Assembly: GCA_963719315.1 (NCBI GenBank) | Contig: CAVRBU010000003.1 | Span: forward strand, 128,001 to 192,000 | Source of the DNA: an uncultured Planctomycetota bacterium | Lineage (GTDB): Bacteria > Planctomycetota > Planctomycetia > Pirellulales > Lacipirellulaceae | Direction of reading: 5' to 3' | DNA length: 64,000 nucleotides | Part shown: positions 29,648-40,470 of the stretch, piece after piece | Layout of the letters: each line of letters starts with the position of its first letter | Position numbering within the stretch: position 1 is the stretch's first letter | Notes under the pieces: generated by a model | Seen by the model: only the letters and a program-made list of their open reading frames with translations | Databases searched by the model: none | What the model was told of the DNA's origin: nothing | Position numbers and translations under genes: made by a program

Positions 29648-31396
29648 TTAGCTGCCACTCACTTTTCGTCGGAGCAATAGTCCTGCTATTCCCGTGACCG
29701 CTGCGATCGAGAAAACCATGACCAGGCAAATGGAGGCCACGCGGTCGTCCACGCCGTAATGCAGCAATTGAAAGACTTGGATCGAGAGGGCCGTGGCCCC
29801 GCGCTGCGGCGGCATGACGAGGATCGTTGCTGCCAATTCGCCGACCGCGACGGCTAGTCGCCACCAGCCAGGCCGCAACCACCGCTGGCCAGCGCTGTGG
29901 AAGGGCAATCCGCAGCAGCCGCCCCCACCAGCCGGCGCCGTCCGTAGCGGCCGCGTCGAGCATCACCTGAGGAATGCTGGCCAGCGCCGGCCAGAGAATC
30001 AACGTGGCGATCGGCAGGGCCCGCACGGTTTGGACAAGCCACGGGGCGAAATTGGAATCGTACAACCACGCTAAGGCGTTCAACGGAGATTCCGGCGGCC
30101 GATCCAATAATCGAATGACGCCCAATCCGAGAAGCGGACCCGGAAGCGTGAGGCATAGCGCGATCGCGAAGAGGCGGAGCCACGGGGTTGAGAAAATGAT
30201 CTGCGAACTTGGCACTCTCACTAGTCCTCCGCGCAAACTCCAAGCCAGCGGCACCGCAATCAGAAGCGCCGCCGTGGCCGAAGCACAGCTGATTCGAGCA
30301 GTCAACCAGAACTCGCCGCGGAATTCGCCGGGTGCCGACGCCACGCGTTCGATCGCCATCAGCGGTGACCATGTGCGGACGCGACTGCTGTCGGTGACCG
30401 TCACCTGGACGCCGGCCTTGTACGCAAGATTTGCCAGCGGCACCCCGGCCAGCAATACCATACTGGACCACAACACGATCGCGGCCGGCCACCGCCCGGC
30501 TTTCATTCGCCAAATCCACGGCGCGCGTTGCTGCGCGTCGGCCAGGTCGGCGAACACACGCGAGATTCCGACGATTACCGCCAATGCCAAAGCGGTTGAA
30601 AGAAGCAAGCCGCTCCACAGCCCGATGGCGGGAAATGCTGCGGGCGTCGAGCTGGAGGTAGGGAGTGCCGAACTGTTTGTCGCTCCGCTCGCGTCAAGCT
30701 CCCTGCTCCCAGCTCCCTGCTCTCCGCCATAATCAAACGTGCCGAGCGCCGCCTGCGTATAGACTTCTTCCGCAAACGTGCGGACTTGAAAGAAGTCGGT
30801 CACGCTGATTTCGGTCATCACGACGGTCACGATCCAGACGGCCGCGACCGCGATCGCCGGCGCGGCCCGCCGGATCGAAACGTACCACAGCACTTTGAAC
30901 GGCGTGGCGCAGGTTGCCGCGTCCTCTTCGATCTCCGCTTCCACCGCCCGCAGCCCGGCCCCGACGATCAGCACGACCCACGGCACGGCCGCCAGGCCGT
31001 GGACCCAAACGGCCGCCCGCCATCCGGCCAGCCAGGGTTGATGCGCCAAGTGCGGGTTGGTGACCAGCGTGTGCCAGCCTTGAATTCCGAACCCGGCATC
31101 CCAAGCCCCGGTGACCAGGTAAAGGGGGACGAACAGCATCCCGACGAGTAGCCAGGCGGCCGGCCGGCGCCGGGCGCATCCGTCTTGAAGATAATCACCG
31201 CCAGCAGCGTGCCCAGCGGCAGCGCGATCAGGCATGCCCCGCCCGCCAGCCAGGCGGTGTTCAGCCAGAGTTTGGCCACGCGCGGGTCCGCCCTCCAAAC
31301 CAATGCCAGCCCGAAAGCGACGGCGGCGGCCCAGGCCAGTTTCGGGAAAAGCGATTTCCGGCGTTGATCGACGATCGACATTCCCCGCCAATTCAT
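29648..31396 (-). CDS. iron/thiamine-type ABC transporter permease (FbpB-like), frameshifts near 31172 and 29855
   Basis: two EAA-like loops (EIEEDAA, VMLDAAATDGA), multiple TMs; three overlapping ORFs join into one permease. Confidence 0.85.
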
Positions 31397-31408
31397 GCTG
31401 CTATTCTA

Positions 31409-31554
31409 TTGGAACAGGAGGTAACCGAGCCAACCGAGGAAACGAGAATCAGATTCAATACCGTAGCCGAATTCGCAAGAATTCGGAAAACCGTCTTGAA
31501 TCTGCCTCTAGAAATACCACTATTTCTCCGTTCCCTCGGTTACCTTCTTTTCAA
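31409..31554. repeat. inverted pair of 9-nt-period repeats with a GTAG-REP nested at 31463-31486
   Basis: TTGGAACAGGAGGTAACCGAGCCAACCGAG .. CTCCGTTCCCTCGGTTACCTTCTTTTCAA; inner GTAGCCGAATTCGCAAGAATTCGG. Confidence 0.75.
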
Positions 31555-31865
31555 AAACCAGCATACGTAGAAGCCAGTTCCTCGCCCTCGAATTTATGCT
31601 CCCCACGCGGCATTCAGACAGGGGAGGTGAACAATCTTGGCCTTTTCCAGGCGTGAAGCTTGGTTGAAATTTCGCCCCCCGCGTGGTAAGCTGCAGGTGT
31701 TGGGAATGAGAGCGGAGGCGCGGCGAGTCGGGTTATCATCTCTTGTCTTACGTTCGCTATCCTCGCCTGTATTTGAGACCTTGGCAAACGATTTAGTGGG
31801 AAGCTCAGTCGCTTCCTGCTCAAGCTCATTTCCACTTCCTCGGTGGTTCGGGAGGCCGGCCGACC

Positions 31866-32252
31866 ATGGGAATTCAAGTCGAATGTCCCCACGGACATAT
31901 CTTCAAAGTCAAAGATAAATACGCGGGCAAAGTTGGTCTGTGCCCCCATTGCGAGGGCGAGGTCAAGGTCCACGTTCCCGATGCGCTCACGGCTACCCCG
32001 TCGAGCGACATCCTGCAGCGCGAGGCGATTCAGCGCCGCCAGGCGGCCCAGCATCACACGCCGCGTCCTGCGTCCAGTGGCTCGCACGTATTCGACGACC
32101 CCGCGGAAGGAGTCGACTCTCCCAGCAGCAGCACCAGCGGCAGCCTGCTGGGCTCCAGCGTGATCCGCCACAACATCAAATGCAAATGCGGCCAACACGT
32201 CCCCATGTGGTACGCCCGCTGCCCGGCGTGCGGGGCGTATCTGGATCATTGA
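31866..32252 (+). CDS. small double zinc-ribbon protein
   Basis: CPHGH..KVKDKYAGKVGLCPHC at the N-terminus, CKCG..CPACG at the C-terminus; GGAGG RBS. Confidence 0.8.
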   Translation: MGIQVECPHGHIFKVKDKYAGKVGLCPHCEGEVKVHVPDALTATPSSDILQREAIQRRQAAQHHTPRPASSGSHVFDDPAEGVDSPSSSTSGSLLGSSVIRHNIKCKCGQHVPMWYARCPACGAYLDH

Positions 32253-32445
32253 ATGACTCGCCGCGCAAGAATGTCGTGTCGCGATCAAACGCCTTCTCTA
32301 CTCTCTCGCGCCGATCACCAGAATTGGTTGCGCTATTGCACATTCTTGCGACGCTATCATCGCAACATGATATATAATTCGTGCGCCTGATATTGGCGTC
32401 GAAGCAAAAACCGTCAAGCGTCCGGGACGGATAAGAGGAGTTGCT

Positions 32446-34750
32446 ATGACTCGACTTGCTGTTCTCCTGCTTTTTGTCACAAGTGCGTGTGTCTCCAGCG
32501 GCTGTGCCGAGGGATCCAAAGCAGATTCGATACCTCGTGTCTCAACTCAGCAACAGCGGTTTGATGATCTCCTCGCTAAGTATCCCGATTTGACGTTTCA
32601 GCAATTGACCAACCAAACGCCGCAGCGCGGTTACGTGGAGCAACTTTCGTTCGACCCGGCCAAGGCCAAATTCTATGAAGAAACCGCGAATCGACTGCAA
32701 TTGACGGACCTCGAGCAGAAAATGTTGCGAAAGCAGGGGTTTGTTTCCGTTGACTACGATCAACGATTCAGCTTTGGTTCGCTTTATTTTGCCGTCTATA
32801 CGAACGATTTGCCGGTGTTGGTCACGACCGACTCGATTCTGCACGCTATGCACCGCACCTATGACGATATACTCATGGAATTGGAGCAGACATTGTTTAC
32901 CTCGGCGCTCGACGAAGTGCTCAGCGGGTCGCACGACAGTCTCGCGCGCTTAGAGCCGCAATCGGGCGCGGTAACCAAGAGCTGCAAGGACGTTCGACCT
33001 GTATCTCACCGTCGCCCGCAACCTGCTCAAGGGCGCCGGCGCGCCCGCCGCCGAGAAAGTGCGTCCCGGCATAGATGCTTGGAACGGAACGCTGCTCGTG
33101 CGATCTCAGCTAGGCCAAGACAAAGAGGCAGAGGAGATTCTAGATCTGATCCAGTCGCTCGTCCTGCAGTCTCCGTTGAAAGGCGAATTCACGCACATCT
33201 ATGGCGGCACGCGCGCGATCGACTACTCGCAGTTCAAGCCGCGCGGTCATTACTTGAAGACGGTGCTATTGTCGCGTTACTTTCGCACAATGATGTGGCT
33301 GGGCCGCGCCGACACGGGTTGGAATGTTCTGCCTCCCGATCGGCAGTCCGGAATCGTCAGCGATAGTCCGCGCGAATTGCGCGATGCCGCGCTGCTGACC
33401 GACGTTTTGCAATCGAGCGGCGGCATCGAGCGTTTGCGGCAGATCAGCCAGATTCTCGACTTCATGGTGGGCGAGAGCGACAATCTGACCGTCTTTCAAA
33501 CGGCGGACCTGCTTCAACAGCAGAAAATCGCGGGCATTGGCGACCTCGCGTCGAGCCAGCAAATCGACGCGCTTCAAGATGCACTCCGCAAGTGCGATCT
33601 GGGTACTCAACGGATTCATTCTCAAGTCGTCCTGTCCGGCCCGACTGATCTTTATCAAGTTCCGCCGCCCAGCACCTTCCAGATGTTCGGACAACGATTC
33701 GCGGTGGACTCGTATGTACTATCCAAAGTTGTCTACGACTCGATTGTCTTCGACGGCAAAAAAGTGCGGCGAACGATGCCCACCGGCGCTGACGTGATGT
33801 TCGCCCTGGGCAATGACTCGGTGCTTCCGCTGCTTGAAGAAGAAATGGTCAAACTTCCTTATGCGCCCAATCTAAAGGCCTGCCAAGAGTTTGTCGGCCA
33901 ATTTCAAGATTCCTTCTGGCGCGGCAACCTGTACAACATTTGGCTCGATTCACTGCGCACTTTGGCCGCCGACCCGTCGTCCGAAAAGCATTTTCCGGAG
34001 GCCATGCGAACCGCAGCCTGGCAACGAAAGCAACTCCAGACGCAATTGGCGTCCTGGGCCGAATTGCGGCACGACAACGTGCTCTATGTGAAGCAGTCTT
34101 ATACGAGCGAGGTAAGTTGCGAATATCCGACCGGTTACGTGGAGCCCTATCCGGAAACGTACGCCCGCATCAAGTTCTTTGCCGAAGAGGCGGCGCGACG
34201 GATCGGGTCCGCCGATTTCCTGCTTGCTGGCCGTAACCATAACGACATCCAACAGCGGCAGGTTAAGTTTTTCCAACAGATGGCCGGGATACTTGAGAAA
34301 TTGGAAACTTTATCGGAGAAGGAACTGGCCGCCCAGCCGTTTACTGAACAGGAACAAGCCTGGGTGAAAAAAGTCATCGATAAACGAGGCGGGGGCAGCG
34401 GCGCGCCAAGGTATTCTGGCTGGTACACCGAACTCTTTTACGGCGGCGGATGGAAGTGCGCTGAATGGGCTCCGACGGTCATCGACGTTCACACCGACCC
34501 CGATTCACAGTCGGTCCTGGAACAAGGTGTCGGCAATTGCAATTTTCTGATCGTTGCCGTTGACAACGAGGACGACCGCATGATCTACGTCGGTCCCTCG
34601 TATTCTTACTACGAGTTCCACCAGTCGGCAGAGAATCGGCTCACGGATGAACTGTGGACGCAAATGCTCGTGACAGAGCAAGCACCCCCGCGGCCGCCTT
34701 GGACCGATGATTTTCAGGCGCCCAAATTGAAACGCAACCTGGGGAAGTAA
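32446..34750 (+). CDS. DUF3160 domain protein (secreted), frameshift near 32995
   Basis: LPVLVTTDSILH, DYSQFKPRGHY, YFRTMMWLGR, LASWAELRHDNVLYVKQSY, GYVEPYP, RLTDELW. Confidence 0.9.
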
Positions 34751-34800
34751 TGCGGCAACCATCCATCAAAAGCAATCATTGCTTGCAACGTCGGGGCCGA

Positions 34801-34869
34801 AGTAGCTGGATTCGCAAGAATTCAGACCGGCCGTTTCCCTGAACCTGAATTCTTGCGAATCCAGCTACT
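34801..34869. repeat. GTAG REP doublet (REPIN-like), perfect 25-bp inverted repeat
   Basis: AGTAGCTGGATTCGCAAGAATTCAG-19nt-CTGAATTCTTGCGAATCCAGCTACT. Confidence 0.9.
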
Positions 34870-35001
34870 CATTCTCCGAAGAGATTCCGGCATGGACGCC
34901 AGCCGATTTCTTCTGCTAAGGTCCGCAACTTTTCGGAAGTTTCGCGAAGGCGATTTCTGTTCATGTTCATGGTCTGTTCTGTGGCTGCGCGCTCTTGTTC
35001 T

Positions 35002-35700
35002 ATGACCCAACGAGTCGCACGAAACTGCTGGCCGGTCGCTATTGCGCTGGCTGCACTCGCGGGTTGCCAGACGATCGCCGAGCATCGGCCGACGTTCTGG
35101 CCGTTTCCCGAACGGAAGCTGACCACATACCACACGCCCGCGATGCGGGTCGACGCCGTCCGCGAATTCGCCATGCGCTCGACGGGTGTCGATTCGCCCG
35201 ATCAGCGGCAAATCACCGATCAATTGGCCCGACAAATCCAGGTCGAACCGGACCCGCTGGTGCGGCAGGCCGTAGTGCGGGCCATTGCCGCGTTCCACAC
35301 GCCGTTGTCTCAACAAGTGCTGGAAGCAGGCTTGAACGATGAGAACGACGCGGTGCGAATCGAATGTTGCGGGGCGCTGGGGCATCGCGCCGAAGTAGCG
35401 TCGGTGAATAGTCTGGCCACGGCGCTTCGCGGCGACAAGAACGGGGACGTGAAGATGGCCGCGGCCGAAGCGCTCGGCAAAATCAAATCCCCCGAGGCGG
35501 TCAGAGCGCTGGCCGTCGCGCTCGACGATCGCGACCCGGCGATGCAGTATGTGGGCGTGCAATCATTGAAGTCGATCACCGGCAAAGACTACGGCCCAGA
35601 CGTGCAAGCGTGGCGGCAAGTCGCCGCCGGCGGCACGCCGCCACCGACAGCAGCACCTTCGATCGCGGAGCGCGTGAAAGGCCTGTCGCCCTTCAAATAG
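35002..35700 (+). CDS. HEAT-repeat lipoprotein
   Basis: lipobox LAALAGC; repeats DPLVRQAVVRAIA, D.AVRIECCGALG, DVKMAAAEALG. Confidence 0.88.
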   Translation: MTQRVARNCWPVAIALAALAGCQTIAEHRPTFWPFPERKLTTYHTPAMRVDAVREFAMRSTGVDSPDQRQITDQLARQIQVEPDPLVRQAVVRAIAAFHTPLSQQVLEAGLNDENDAVRIECCGALGHRAEVASVNSLATALRGDKNGDVKMAAAEALGKIKSPEAVRALAVALDDRDPAMQYVGVQSLKSITGKDYGPDVQAWRQVAAGGTPPPTAAPSIAERVKGLSPFK

Positions 35701-35713
35701 ATTATAGATTAAC

Positions 35714-35765
35714 GTAGGGTGGGCACTCCCAACCACTCGTTCTTGGTGGGCAGTGCCCACCCTAC
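35714..35765. repeat. GTAG REP doublet
   Basis: GTAGGGTGGGCACTCCCAACC .. GGTGGGCAGTGCCCACCCTAC. Confidence 0.85.
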
Positions 35766-36146
35766 ATCGCCTCCACTTGCTCTCGTTCCATGCTCGCCGC
35801 TTTCTTCGTGCTAGCACTCTCTTCAGCTTTGGAAAAAAAGAGCGCGTCGGCACATCTTGTCTGCCTCCGCCCCGTGCTACCCGTGCCATATTAAACTCGC
35901 CTCTTTGGCCTGAATTTCAGGCTAGGTTGGCCCGATACCAGTTCAGGGGCCATACCTCTTTCGCTTGCGCGGGATCGTATCTGCCAGTTTGCGTCATTAC
36001 ACAAACTTGGCACGATGCGGGGCCTTTTTGGATCGGCCTCGAAGCGCAAGCCTGTCTCTGTTCCGCGTCTTCAAATTGGTGCGAGTCTCGTTGTCGATCC
36101 GCATTTGAGTGAAATCATGGGCCGATAACGCCAAGAAGCTGCCCGC

Positions 36147-38021
36147 ATGACCAAAGTAAACTATCCGATTCAACGTTCGACTCCCGCTGCCAGTTCGCGT
36201 CAACGCTGCTGGTTGCTGATCACGTTTGTGGCTGCTGCCGGCTGCACGTGGTTGGCTGTGACCAATGGCGCCGAACAGAACGATTCGGGTTGGGCAATCG
36301 CCGCACCCTCGCCACTAGCGACCGGAGGGAAAACCGCCAATCTGCATCAGCAGATGATTTTGCGGCGCTTGCTCGATGAAACGGAACGGCCGCTCTTGTC
36401 GAAGCCTTCGCCAACGTCTTCGGCGCAACAAGTCACTGAATCGGGCCAAACCGGCTTGCGGTTCGCGGTTAGGTCGGATGGACCCGATGGCTGGCGCACT
36501 GTCGGACAATCGACTTCGCCATCTGGCGAAAATGCGCGTGGACTTGCTGCATCCGAAGCTGCGATGCCGCATATTGGCCGGCCGGCGGCCGCAGCCGCCC
36601 AGAAGAATTTGTTCGAGCTCGACTGCAGCGGCGAAGCGGTTCCTGCGAGCGAACCTAGGAGGCCTCATCCACCGATCGCAACGCCTGCCTTAGCCGACGC
36701 CTACGGCAACCTGCCGGCGCCCACAAACCCTATTACTGAGGAAGAAGAAACCGGTCGGGGCAGCCTTACAGAAGCACTTGAGCAAGACGACGACGAAATC
36801 TCGATTACCGAATCCGACGCCGATGATACTACGGCGGCCGAGGACGGAGTAAACGACTCGACCACGACGATCGAAATCGTGGGTCCGACAAATCGGCCGA
36901 CGAACACGCCGGCTACCTGTAAGCCGCACGTCGATTCAACCGCCAAGCCGGCGCCGCCCGCGCCGGAGGAAGTCGCTCCGCCGCCGCTTACGAAACAATT
37001 GATGTATTTGCGGACACGCGTCCGCAGCGTGTTGAGCGGCTACTACCGCAAAGACCTCAATAGCCGCGACAACGACCCGTGGGAAGTGATGCACGGGATG
37101 CTGGCCTACGGCGTCCATAGCCACATTCGCCAGGGCAGCCCGCGCGGCGAAGCAATCACCAGCGTCGGCTGGCTCTGCTACAACAAGCCGTGCAAAGGCC
37201 AAACATTGATGTACGTGAATCCGCAGGGCGAAGTGCGGGCCAAGTACGGCGTAGGATTGCAAGGCCACCTTGGTCAATTGTTGGCCATGCTGGCCCAGTG
37301 CCACGTTTCAGACGAGTACCCGATTCGCGTCGGCAACAAGGAATTCACGATCCGCGACTTGATCGAATCGGAAAAGAAAACCTGTTATCCGAAATCGGAG
37401 CTCACGTTCAAACTGATCGCCTTGCAACACTACATCGATTTGAACGACAAATGGGTCAACGACCAGGGCGTCGACTGGGATATTCCGCGGCTCATGCGCG
37501 AGGAGATGGCCCAGCCGATTCGCGGCGCCGCGTGCGGCGGTACCCACCGCCTCTCCGGGCTGAGCCTAACGGTGAAAACCCGTCTCCGTCGCGGCGAGCC
37601 GCTGGATGGAGAATACGCGAGGGCCGATGAGTTCATCAAGAAGTATCAGCAGTACGCCTTCCGTTTGCAGAACCGCGACGGAAGCTTGAGCACCTCCTGG
37701 TTCCGCGGCGCCGGCGACGACGACGACATCAATCGCCGAATCAAGACGACGGGCCACATTTTGGAATGGCTCTGCTACTCGCTCTCCGATGAAGAACTCC
37801 GCGAACCGCGGACGTTTCGGGCCGTGACGTACCTGGCGAACCTGATGTATTCCAACTACGACAACGACTGGGAAATCGGTCCAAGGTGTCATGCCACGCA
37901 CGCACTTCTGCTGTACGATGAGCGCGTGTTTCGGCCGTTCGATAAAGAGGGCGCGGTGGCCTCCTATCGGCCAGGTAGTCGCGTGGCCACTGGCAACCAC
38001 CAGAATTCGACCAGGCATTGA
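36147..38021 (+). CDS. conserved planctomycete membrane-anchored hypothetical protein
   Basis: N-terminal TM, acidic linker, globular C-terminus with PWEVMHGMLAYG, QGH.GQLLA, AACGGTHRL, TTGHILEWL. Confidence 0.85.
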   Translation: MTKVNYPIQRSTPAASSRQRCWLLITFVAAAGCTWLAVTNGAEQNDSGWAIAAPSPLATGGKTANLHQQMILRRLLDETERPLLSKPSPTSSAQQVTESGQTGLRFAVRSDGPDGWRTVGQSTSPSGENARGLAASEAAMPHIGRPAAAAAQKNLFELDCSGEAVPASEPRRPHPPIATPALADAYGNLPAPTNPITEEEETGRGSLTEALEQDDDEISITESDADDTTAAEDGVNDSTTTIEIVGPTNRPTNTPATCKPHVDSTAKPAPPAPEEVAPPPLTKQLMYLRTRVRSVLSGYYRKDLNSRDNDPWEVMHGMLAYGVHSHIRQGSPRGEAITSVGWLCYNKPCKGQTLMYVNPQGEVRAKYGVGLQGHLGQLLAMLAQCHVSDEYPIRVGNKEFTIRDLIESEKKTCYPKSELTFKLIALQHYIDLNDKWVNDQGVDWDIPRLMREEMAQPIRGAACGGTHRLSGLSLTVKTRLRRGEPLDGEYARADEFIKKYQQYAFRLQNRDGSLSTSWFRGAGDDDDINRRIKTTGHILEWLCYSLSDEELREPRTFRAVTYLANLMYSNYDNDWEIGPRCHATHALLLYDERVFRPFDKEGAVASYRPGSRVATGNHQNSTRH

Positions 38022-38241
38022 TTGTGCCGCTGTCGGCTCGCTTTTCTTGTGGATCGGGCGCACTTGCCCGCCCTCGCGCATTGAATTCCCGGGCGCAACG
38101 GTTTACATTGCGTCGGTTGCGTTCTTCCAGGCCCGGATGCTTGCCGCTAAGCAATAACGTATGCTTTAGCGGCCCGATTGCCGCGGCATCGTGGCCGTCT
38201 CCGGTTGTGGCCTCACGCGCTCAGTTTTCACACGGTTTGCT

Positions 38242-39192
38242 ATGCCGGTTCCTCGCAAGTTTACGGATCAAATGCAGGCGTTTTGCGAAATGGCCGATCG
38301 CCTGGCCACGTCGCATGATGCCGATGCCATGCTGTTCTTGATGGAGCGGCCTACCGATTGGACGCGCCTCCGGCAGGCCGCTGGCCAGCACACCGTATTG
38401 TTGGCGGGCGACACTCAGGAAACGCTCGAAGGCGCGGGCGAAGAGGATTTTGAAACAATCCTGCTCAACATGCCTTCCGAAACGCCCGTGTATGAGCGGC
38501 TGACGCAGTCGCTTCTGGAAGCGGTGGCCGAGGATCTTCTCCCGGCCGGGGCGTCGGTTGTGGCGGTTTACAGCGGCTTTGAACCAACAGTCATCGATTC
38601 GCTGAGCATTATCCGACTCGGCGAGCATTTGGGGCAATTGACGGTCCGCGATCTGCGCCAGCTCAAGACTCGCATTCCTCTCGATTCGCTGAAGACGGTT
38701 GTCGATTTAGCGGTGGATATCGGTCGCGACGGGCGCGAGGGCAAACCGGTGGGCACGTTGTTTGTCGTCGGCGATCATCGCAAAGTGCTGAGCTTCTGCC
38801 GGCCGATGGGGTTTGACCCGTTGCGGGGCTACAGTCGCGCGGAGCGGCATCTGGGCGATGGGAAGGTCCGTGAGGGAGTCAAGGAAATCGCGCAGCTCGA
38901 CGGCGCCTTTATCGTCTCGTCCGATGGACATGTAGTGGCCGGTGCACAGCAAATCAACGCGCCGCGCTCGACCGACTTGTCGCTTCCCAAGGGTTTTGGA
39001 GCGCGGCATTGGGCTGCGGCCGAAATCAGCCGGGCGACCACCGCGGTTGCGATTACGGTCAGCGAATCGACTGGCACGGTGCGGCTGTTCCAAAGCGGCG
39101 AAGTAATGCTTCGCATTGAACCGTTCCGCCGGGCTATGAAGTGGATCGACTTCGACACCGAACCGACGCCGCCGCCGAATCCAGACAAGTAA
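38242..39192 (+). CDS. DisA_N/DAC-domain diadenylate cyclase (DacZ-like architecture)
   Basis: GREGKPVGTLFVVGD, KEIAQLDGAFIV (DGA), GFGARHWAAA, VSESTG. Confidence 0.9.
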   Translation: MPVPRKFTDQMQAFCEMADRLATSHDADAMLFLMERPTDWTRLRQAAGQHTVLLAGDTQETLEGAGEEDFETILLNMPSETPVYERLTQSLLEAVAEDLLPAGASVVAVYSGFEPTVIDSLSIIRLGEHLGQLTVRDLRQLKTRIPLDSLKTVVDLAVDIGRDGREGKPVGTLFVVGDHRKVLSFCRPMGFDPLRGYSRAERHLGDGKVREGVKEIAQLDGAFIVSSDGHVVAGAQQINAPRSTDLSLPKGFGARHWAAAEISRATTAVAITVSESTGTVRLFQSGEVMLRIEPFRRAMKWIDFDTEPTPPPNPDK

Positions 39193-39227
39193 TGAAGGAA
39201 GAAAATTGACAAATGGCCACGAATTCG

Positions 39228-40052
39228 TCAGTCGCCATTCGTCAGTTGTGAATTTGGCAACGCTGCCAGCAACTCCGCCACGTAATCGCCGACTTCGCGA
39301 AGCACCTTCTCGCGCGGCTGCTCGGCCGCCGTTGCGATCCGCCGCACAATGGCCGAGCCAACGATGAGCCCATCGGCCACCGGTGCCAGCAACCGTACGT
39401 GCTGGGGCTTGCTGATCCCGAAGCCGATGCAAATCGGCAGTCCGGTTTGTGTCCGCAGCCAGCCCACGTTTTCGACCAACTCCGGCGGCAGCGCCGTCCG
39501 CTCGCCCGTAATGCCGGCCAGCGACACGTAATACAGAAATCCAGTGGACGTTTCGGCGATCCGCACCGCCCGATCTCGCGGCGTCGTGGGTGTCACGAGT
39601 TGAATCAGACTGATACTACGAGCCGCGCAAATCTTTGCCAGAGCCGCAGATTCTTCAACCGGCAAGTCCGGTACGATGAGCCCGGCCAAGCCGCGTTTGC
39701 AAACGTCATCGACGTACTGTTCGAGCCCGCGGCGATAAACGATCGCGTAGCTGACCATCGTCACCAGCGGCGCGGCCACCTTGGTCGAAACGTCGCCGAG
39801 CGTCTTGAGAATGTCGCCCAGTTTGATCTTGTGCGCGAGAGCCCGCGTGTAGGACGCCTGAATCACCGGTCCATCCGCAATCGGATCGCTATACGGAATA
39901 CCGACCTCGCACAAGTGGCACCCTCGTCCGACCACTTCCTTTAGCACTGCCGCCGTAAAGTCCAGATCAGGATCGCCAGCCGTAATGAACGGCATCAGCG
40001 CCTTCCGCTTCTCGCGGCGGAGCTTCGCAAACAGTTCATCGACAATTGACAT
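39228..40052 (-). CDS. trpA: tryptophan synthase alpha subunit
   Basis: PFITAGDP, EVGIPYSDPIADGPVIQ, PDLP, GFLYYVSLAGITG, GFGIS, VGSAIV. Confidence 0.98.
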   Translation of the reverse strand: MSIVDELFAKLRREKRKALMPFITAGDPDLDFTAAVLKEVVGRGCHLCEVGIPYSDPIADGPVIQASYTRALAHKIKLGDILKTLGDVSTKVAAPLVTMVSYAIVYRRGLEQYVDDVCKRGLAGLIVPDLPVEESAALAKICAARSISLIQLVTPTTPRDRAVRIAETSTGFLYYVSLAGITGERTALPPELVENVGWLRTQTGLPICIGFGISKPQHVRLLAPVADGLIVGSAIVRRIATAAEQPREKVLREVGDYVAELLAALPNSQLTNGD

Positions 40053-40076
40053 GCCAGTTGATTTCGGTTTTCGTGG

Positions 40077-40445
40077 TTATTTGGCAAAAAGTGAAATTGA
40101 AATGCTTGGCTTGACGGAGAGTTGCAGTCCTACCGGAATCACAAAATCCTTTTGAAAACGGTTGCCAAATACTTGGGCCGGGGCAAATTCCAAGAATTCA
40201 CCTCGTTCATCATCTACGTATCGAGTTGCGCTACAATTCAACATGTGAAAATCAATAACAGGGCGATCCACTCCCAAACGATAGACAGTGACGTAAATAT
40301 CGCCACATAAAGGATAAACGCTCAACTCAAGTTTCAAGCCATTCTTTTCGACGATATAGTGGAATTCGGTGCCATATTCATCAATCGTTGGAAGCACCTC
40401 CAAACACGTTGCAAAATCGGTTTCATCCCAAACGAGTTCGGGCAT
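40077..40445 (-). CDS. low-GC hypothetical protein between trpB and trpA
   Basis: 122-aa ORF MPELVWDETDFATCLEVLP..; visibly AT-richer than flanks. Confidence 0.75.
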   Translation of the reverse strand: MPELVWDETDFATCLEVLPTIDEYGTEFHYIVEKNGLKLELSVYPLCGDIYVTVYRLGVDRPVIDFHMLNCSATRYVDDERGEFLEFAPAQVFGNRFQKDFVIPVGLQLSVKPSISISLFAK

Positions 40446-40470
40446 ATCGCACCGCCAAAAACATGTACCT

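Noticed and set aside
26496..29798. 135-bp diverged repeat as a DGR template/variable repeat pair
   Set aside because: Mismatches are not adenine-specific, are nearly all synonymous, and no reverse transcriptase is present in the window.
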